The notes below the pieces were generated by a model. It made no database searches. It had not been told where the DNA came from and saw only the letters and a program-made list of their open reading frames with translations. The position numbers and the translations under genes are program-made. Below are positions 40,467 to 45,385 of a stretch of DNA of 45,385 nt, in pieces; the first letter of the stretch is position 1; each line of letters starts with the position of its first letter. This DNA is from an uncultured Dehalococcoidaceae bacterium (GTDB taxonomy: Bacteria > Chloroflexota > Dehalococcoidia > Dehalococcoidales > RBG-16-60-22). Where the stretch lies: contig CAZRBS010000002.1 in NCBI GenBank assembly GCA_964598405.1, forward strand, positions 1 to 45,385, in the 5' to 3' direction.

Positions 40467-41498
40467 GTGTCAGAACTGAGACATGACCCGACCACCAGAG
40501 CCTGGGTAATACTGGCTCCGGAGAGAGCCAGGCGTCCCCACCAGAAGCCAGGGCAAAGGCATGACAGTGAGCTGCCGCCCTGGGATGAGTTCTGTCCCTT
40601 CTGCCCGGGCAACGAAGTCCAGACACCTAGGGAAGTTTTCCGGTTGCCCGTGACGGGGCAGGGTTCGGAGTGGGAGGTGAGGGTGGTACCCAATCGGTTT
40701 GCCGCACTGACCCCGGAAGCAGAGATTTCCCGGAAGGAAGACGGACGCTTTTTCCGCCGGATGCAGGGTTTCGGCATACATGAGGTGATTGTAGAAATCC
40801 CGTCCCACAATATGCCGACGGCGCTGATGACGTGTGAGCAGGTTGAGAAGGTGCTGATAGCCTACCAGGAAAGATATAATGCTTTGAAGAAGGACAGTTA
40901 TATCAAGTGCATCACCATTTTCAAAAACCACGGCTGGGCGTCAGGGACATCCTTGAGTCACCCGCACTCCCAGCTGGTGGCAACGCCGGTGGTGGCCCCA
41001 TACTATCACCGGAAGTTCAACGTTGCTCATGAGTACTACATTGATGCCGGCAGGTGTCTTTACTGTGACTTGCTGGCTGCGGAGCTGGAGAAGGGGGAGA
41101 GAATTGTTGCCGAAACCGGGCAGTTCATTGTCATCCACCCCTATGCTTCACGCGTGCCCTATGAAACCTGGATTATTCCCAAAAGTCACTGCGCTTCCTT
41201 CGGCCTGTTTCCCGGCAAGTATCTTGCCGGATTGGCCGGAGTTTTAAAGAACACCCTTCTCGGCCTGTATCAGGAGCTGGATAACCCGGCTTTCAACCTC
41301 ATGGTTGATAGCACCATTACCGAGGACGAAGACGACCCGTATTACCACTGGCATATCCGGATAATACCGAGACAGACAACCGTTGCCGGCTTTGAGATGG
41401 GGTCGGGCATTTACATAAGCACGGCACTGCCGGAGCAGACGGCGAAGCGCATGAGGGAATGCACCGCTGCTTTATTCCGGAGCGAAAGCAGCCCTTGA
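40467..41498 (+). CDS. GalT-family (HIT superfamily) hexose-1-phosphate nucleotidyltransferase / NDP-sugar phosphorylase-like
   Basis: ELRHDPTTRAWVILAPERARRP, the Zn site CPFCPGNE and the active-site HPHSQ are all present. The specific nucleotide sugar cannot be determined by eye. Confidence 0.8.
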   Translation: MSELRHDPTTRAWVILAPERARRPHQKPGQRHDSELPPWDEFCPFCPGNEVQTPREVFRLPVTGQGSEWEVRVVPNRFAALTPEAEISRKEDGRFFRRMQGFGIHEVIVEIPSHNMPTALMTCEQVEKVLIAYQERYNALKKDSYIKCITIFKNHGWASGTSLSHPHSQLVATPVVAPYYHRKFNVAHEYYIDAGRCLYCDLLAAELEKGERIVAETGQFIVIHPYASRVPYETWIIPKSHCASFGLFPGKYLAGLAGVLKNTLLGLYQELDNPAFNLMVDSTITEDEDDPYYHWHIRIIPRQTTVAGFEMGSGIYISTALPEQTAKRMRECTAALFRSESSP

Positions 41499-41524
41499 AG
41501 AAATAGACATGGTAAGCCTGATGG

Positions 41525-42265
41525 GTGGCTGCCCGGCAGCCGCCTCTGTCATTATTTCAATTTAAGGATGGTAAAGTGGAAGTATTGCATGATATCCCGG
41601 TGAACCTGGAGCTTGAGGCGCTTTTGAAAAAGTTGCGTATGCGGAATAAAAGCGAAGGGATTAAGAAAAGCGTTCGGGAGGTAATTGAGATTGCCTGCCC
41701 GGTAGCCAGACCCAAAGCGGTCTACGAGGTTTCCTATGTGGAAAACAAAAACGGGGACTCGCTGGAAATCGGCGGCGTCAGGTTTACCAGCCGTGTCCTC
41801 AGGGTTAATCTGGATAAAGTGGAGAGGGTTTTTCCCTACGTGGTAACCTGCGGGAGAGAGGTGGATGAGATAGAGCTGCCACCCCATGACTTCATCAAGT
41901 CTTATTACCTGGACCAGACCAGAGAGGCGATTCTGGCTTTGGCCAGGGAATATCTGGAGGATTACCTGAAAAAAAAGTACGCCCTGGGCAAAATATCGCG
42001 GATGAGCCCGGGTGCCGGGTCTTTGAATGATTGGCCGCTGGACCAGCAAAAGGAGCTGTTCTCCATATTTGGCAATGTCGAGGAGCTGATTGGAGTGAGG
42101 CTGACCGATAAGTGCCTGATGCTCCCGGTAAAATCCGTGTCCGGCGTATATTTCCCCACCGAGGTTACCTTTACCAGCTGCCAGCTGTGTCCGAGGGAAA
42201 GGTGCATCGGGAGAAAAGCCGCTTATGCCCCGGAAATGGTTGAAAAATACCGGGGAACGCTTTAG
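41525..42265 (+). CDS. Methionine-synthase (MetH) activation-domain-like protein
   Basis: RMSPGAGSLNDWPLDQQKELFSIFG...IGVRLTDKCLMLPVKSVSGVYF parallels the pattern of stand-alone 'B12-dependent methionine synthase activation domain' proteins (RFSPGYGD.PL..Q..i...L.....IG..lt.s.lm.P.KSvt.i.g). The assignment is from memory. The start could instead be the GTG at 41576. Confidence 0.55.
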   Translation: MAARQPPLSLFQFKDGKVEVLHDIPVNLELEALLKKLRMRNKSEGIKKSVREVIEIACPVARPKAVYEVSYVENKNGDSLEIGGVRFTSRVLRVNLDKVERVFPYVVTCGREVDEIELPPHDFIKSYYLDQTREAILALAREYLEDYLKKKYALGKISRMSPGAGSLNDWPLDQQKELFSIFGNVEELIGVRLTDKCLMLPVKSVSGVYFPTEVTFTSCQLCPRERCIGRKAAYAPEMVEKYRGTL

Positions 42266-42272
42266 CAGGAAA

Positions 42273-45044
42273 TCACCCGGCTTGTGGCTTTGCTTCTTTT
42301 AGAGGTCTCCATTTGCCCAGGGCGAAGAGTCGCGGGAAGAAGACCTTGCGGAGCTCCTCGACGGTGAACAGCGAGCCACCCGCCAGGATGGCGATGCCCC
42401 ACTGGCTAATATCCAGGGGTACCGTTCTGAAGGCCAGCTGGAAGAAAGGCAGGTAGACGACGGCTAGCTGCAGCAGAACGGCCAGCGTTATGGAGCCCAT
42501 CAGCCAGCGGTTGCGGAAAATCCCCACCCGGAAGACGGAATATTCTTCCGTGCGGGCATTGAAAGCCCGGAACCATTCGAAGGCAACTAGGGAGCAGAAG
42601 GTAATGGTGCGGGCTTCCTCCAGACTCACCCTGGCCTGCGCCCAGTTAAAGATGAGGAATATACCTATGCTCATCATCGTTGCCAGAAAGGCGATACGCA
42701 GGAACAGCCCGGGGAAAATCAGACCGACTCTGGGATGGCGGGGGGGCTGTTTGAGCTCATCACCGACCTTCGGCTCGAGTCCCAGAGGGATGGCCACCGC
42801 GGTATCGGTAACCAGGTTGACCCAGATAATCTGCACCGCCAGCAGCGGTGCTTTGCCGATGAAAAAGAGGGTGAGCATCAGGGCCAGCAACTCTCCGAGG
42901 TTGGTACTCAGCAGGAAGAAGATAACCTTGCGCAGTCGATTAAAAATCGCCCTGCCTTCCTCAACGGCGGCTACCACCGACGAAAAATTATCGTCAGCCA
43001 GCACCATGTCGGAGCTTTCTTTGGCAACATCCGTTCCGGTAATGCCCATGGCAATGCCGATGTCCGCCGTCCTGAGTGCCGGGGCATCGTTGACGCCGTC
43101 GCCGGTCATGGCGACAATATGACCCTGTTTCTTGAGCGCGTTTACTATTCTTAACTTGTGCAGCGGCTCAATCCGGGCGAAGACCGATATGCCCTCTATC
43201 CGCCGGGATAGTTCTTCGTCACTCAGCTTCTGAAGCTCGGTTCCCGTCAGGGAATCCCCCGGCGGTAATTTTAGCTGGAGGGCGATTGATTCAGCGGTAA
43301 TTTTATGATCGCCGGTAATCATCACCACTTTAATGCCCGCTTGCTGGCATAGTTTCACGGATTCTTTGGCTTCCTCACGCGGCGGGTCAGCCATTCCCGC
43401 CATGCCGATGAAGACCAGGTTCCCCCTGATATCTTCCTCTTTCAGGTCTTCCAGTTCGCTTGAAGTTTCGGCATAGGCGAGAGCGAGAACCCTCATCGCT
43501 TTTCTGGCCATATCGGTGTTTGCCTGCATGATGGCTTCGGAATCGGCTTCTTCCAGGGGGCTGACTCCGTCGCTCGTTATCCGCTGCTTGCTCATGGACA
43601 GGACCTTTTCCACCGACCCTTTGACGTATACCACCCTTCCCCCGTCCCGGGGATGAATGGTAGCCATATACTGTTTTTCGCTCTGGAAGGGTATTTCGTC
43701 CAGCCGGGGAGAGTTTTTCTCCAGCCTTTCTTTGACCATGTCCGCTTTGGCAGCGGCAACGAGGAGGGCGCCTTCGGTCGGGTCTCCAAAAATCTCGCTG
43801 TGTTGCTCGTTATCCTGGCTCAGCAGGGCGTCATTACAGAGGGCGCCTGCCCTCAGGAGCAACTTGAGCAGCGGCTCGTCTCCCGCGTTTATCCGTTGCC
43901 CGTCCCGGCGGAATTCCCCCCGCGGTGTATAGCCTTCCCCGGTCACCTCTATCTGCTGCCCGTCGAGATAGAGGCTCTGTATCGTCATCTCGTTCAGGGT
44001 CAGGGTGCCGGTTTTATCCGTGCAGATGACGGTGGCTGAACCCAGCGTTTCCACGGCTACCAGCTTGCGGATGATGGCATTGCGGCGCGCCATTATCCGC
44101 ATCCCCATTGCCAGGACGACGGTGACGACTGCCGGCAGCCCTTCGGGTATGGCGGAAACGGCAGCCGCTACCGCCAGCAAAAATACCTCAAACCAGTCAA
44201 GTCCCTTGAGCAGCCCGACGACAATCAGAAGGGCACATATTGCCAGGAAAAGGATGACGATGTACCGGCTCAGTTTGCCGATGTTTTTCTGGAGGGGCGT
44301 CTCTTCCGGCTTTATCTCCTGAATGGTGGTGGCAATTTTACCGATGTCGGTGAGCATGCCGGTTCTCACCGCAGCCGCCGTAGCCCGTCCGTAGGTGATA
44401 ATGGTGCCCATGTGCACCATGTTTTTTCTTTCTGCCAGAGGCACATCCTCGCGCATGGCGTCGGTGCATTTGTCCACCGATACCGATTCGCCGGTCAGCA
44501 TGGCTTCATTTACCTTGAGATTGGATACTTCGATGAGCCTGGCATCGGCAGGGACTTTGTCCCCGGTCTCAAGGAGTAATATATCTCCGGGCACCACTTC
44601 TCTGGCTGGTATCACCTTTACTTTGCCCTCGCGCCTGACCCGCGTCCTGGGCGCCGCCATCTGAATCAGGGCTTCCATGGCTTTCTCCGCTCTGGTCTCC
44701 TGGATAAAGCCGATGACGGCGTTGAGCAGCAGGACTCCCATGATTACCCCGGCGTCAAGGAAATGCTCCACGACGATTGAAATAATGCCGGCGGCCAGGA
44801 GCACATAGATGAGCGGGCTTAGAAACTGTCTTAGGAAGACCAGTATTGGCGGTGTTTTCTTCCTGCCTTTTAGCTCGTTGGGGCCATAGTGGAGAAACCG
44901 CTCCTTTACCTCGGGCTCATTGAGTCCGGAGCGTCTGGAGTCAAGAACCTCTAACGCTTCATGCGAGCTGAGGTTATGCCACGGTTCGTTTCTGGTACCG
45001 GTTGCGTTATTTTTGTCGTTAGCTATTTTGGGTTTTCCTGTCAA
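42273..45044 (-). CDS. P-type cation-transporting ATPase (type II, Ca2+/Mg2+-ATPase-like)
   Basis: The Cation_ATPase_N domain ([13 protein letters not shown]...[19 protein letters not shown]), TGES, the phosphorylation motif [16 protein letters not shown], and [14 protein letters not shown] are present, with ~10 TM helices. The start is TTG without a clear SD. Confidence 0.95.
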   Translation of the reverse strand: MTGKPKIANDKNNATGTRNEPWHNLSSHEALEVLDSRRSGLNEPEVKERFLHYGPNELKGRKKTPPILVFLRQFLSPLIYVLLAAGIISIVVEHFLDAGVIMGVLLLNAVIGFIQETRAEKAMEALIQMAAPRTRVRREGKVKVIPAREVVPGDILLLETGDKVPADARLIEVSNLKVNEAMLTGESVSVDKCTDAMREDVPLAERKNMVHMGTIITYGRATAAAVRTGMLTDIGKIATTIQEIKPEETPLQKNIGKLSRYIVILFLAICALLIVVGLLKGLDWFEVFLLAVAAAVSAIPEGLPAVVTVVLAMGMRIMARRNAIIRKLVAVETLGSATVICTDKTGTLTLNEMTIQSLYLDGQQIEVTGEGYTPRGEFRRDGQRINAGDEPLLKLLLRAGALCNDALLSQDNEQHSEIFGDPTEGALLVAAAKADMVKERLEKNSPRLDEIPFQSEKQYMATIHPRDGGRVVYVKGSVEKVLSMSKQRITSDGVSPLEEADSEAIMQANTDMARKAMRVLALAYAETSSELEDLKEEDIRGNLVFIGMAGMADPPREEAKESVKLCQQAGIKVVMITGDHKITAESIALQLKLPPGDSLTGTELQKLSDEELSRRIEGISVFARIEPLHKLRIVNALKKQGHIVAMTGDGVNDAPALRTADIGIAMGITGTDVAKESSDMVLADDNFSSVVAAVEEGRAIFNRLRKVIFFLLSTNLGELLALMLTLFFIGKAPLLAVQIIWVNLVTDTAVAIPLGLEPKVGDELKQPPRHPRVGLIFPGLFLRIAFLATMMSIGIFLIFNWAQARVSLEEARTITFCSLVAFEWFRAFNARTEEYSVFRVGIFRNRWLMGSITLAVLLQLAVVYLPFFQLAFRTVPLDISQWGIAILAGGSLFTVEELRKVFFPRLFALGKWRPLKEAKPQAG

Positions 45045-45057
45045 AATATTGTTTCGG

Positions 45058-45385
45058 TTACCGTCCCGGGTGGTGGGTGGGGGTGTCCTTGCTTATTTCC
45101 TGGCGGCAGAACCTGATGAGTTCGGCGAAGTTATTGACTCTGGCCAGGTTGTTTGTTTCCAGAAAGCCGTCATAGGTAAGGCTTATCCAGGGCTTCTGGT
45201 AGGTCGTGCCGAACTTCTCCGACATCGCCGCCACGATTCCGCCGGGCATGCAGCCGTGGGGCATTACCGATATGACGCCGGCAAATTCCGGGCTCTCCGC
45301 CCACTCCACCCCGCTGCCGATGCTGAGGACCGCTTCGCTGCCGCATTTTGGAGAAAGGTAAAGGCTTGACCTGGCCAGTACCGCC
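45058..45385 (-). CDS. C-terminal part of a CoA-enzyme-activase-associated (DUF2229-like) protein; N-terminus lies beyond the window
   Basis: The frame is open to the window end (...AVLARSSLYLSPKCGSEAVLSIGSGVEWAESPEFAGVISVMPHGCMPGG...). The motif hPFGCMPG-like and the C-terminal context resemble the uncharacterised domain fused or adjacent to BadF/BcrA-type activases. Recognition is from memory only. Confidence 0.45.
   Translation of the reverse strand, partial: AVLARSSLYLSPKCGSEAVLSIGSGVEWAESPEFAGVISVMPHGCMPGGIVAAMSEKFGTTYQKPWISLTYDGFLETNNLARVNNFAELIRFCRQEISKDTPTHHPGR

Noticed and set aside
1-45385. I looked for rRNA, tRNA, tmRNA, CRISPR arrays, IS elements or transposases, integrases, phage genes and known defence-system genes.
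   Set aside because: None were found by eye. I saw no cloverleaf-like GC-rich 70-90-nt islands in the intergenic gaps and no regularly spaced 25-40-nt direct repeats. No DDE, serine or tyrosine recombinase motifs appear in any ORF. tRNAscan-SE, Infernal, minCED, ISEScan, and DefenseFinder or PADLOC would be the formal checks.

Overview
This is a 45.4-kb, mostly high-GC chromosomal segment. I found no rRNA, tRNA, CRISPR array, transposase or integrase by eye. I call about 48 protein-coding genes. Their content points to a strict anaerobe: tungsten-type aldehyde:ferredoxin oxidoreductase, a four-subunit 2-oxoacid:ferredoxin oxidoreductase, split B12-dependent acyl-CoA mutase, ADP-forming acetyl-CoA synthetase and desulforedoxin. 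I cannot assign a taxon from the sequence alone.

Modules in order:
- (1) ADP-forming acetyl-CoA synthetase (5'-partial), then a GT2-GtrA fusion plus a GT39 mannosyltransferase-like pair, then YbaK.
- (2) An ArsR-led plus-strand string: FmdB-type Zn-ribbon, a 1027-aa FAD/Fe-S (GlcD+CCG) oxidoreductase with a striking Met/Pro-rich tail, a ThDP enzyme and a DmpA/S58 peptidase.
- (3) A stand-alone double Zn-ribbon/coiled-coil gene.
- (4) otsBA.
- (5) A roughly 1.4-kb low-GC islet with hicB, a hicA lacking a canonical start codon, and a membrane-protein locus split over three reading frames.
- (6) Acyl-CoA mutase plus an OFOR delta-alpha-beta-gamma operon, with a divergent Lrp/AsnC gene.
- (7) ADP-ribosylglycohydrolase.
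- (8) A signalling cluster with one soluble triple-PAS histidine kinase and four receiver proteins. It is interrupted by a terminator, phased 11-bp repeats, and two family-less genes (one secreted, one small and basic).
- (9) cinA and an AIR-synthase-like gene.
- (10) ECF-S/BioY-like, DUF1893-like, AOR and HpcH aldolase genes, divergent from threonine aldolase.
- (11) Cupin, histidine phosphatase, GGCT and a 40-aa desulforedoxin.
- (12) glgC, a GalT-like gene and a MetH-activation-domain-like gene.
- (13) A P-type ATPase and a partial DUF2229-like gene.

I see no clear-cut novel system. The best candidates for follow-up are the kinase/four-receiver/secreted-protein cluster with its phased repeats, the Met-rich tail, the decaying low-GC hicBA islet, and two short genes absent from the ORF track (a 24-aa hydrophobic peptide and the desulforedoxin).
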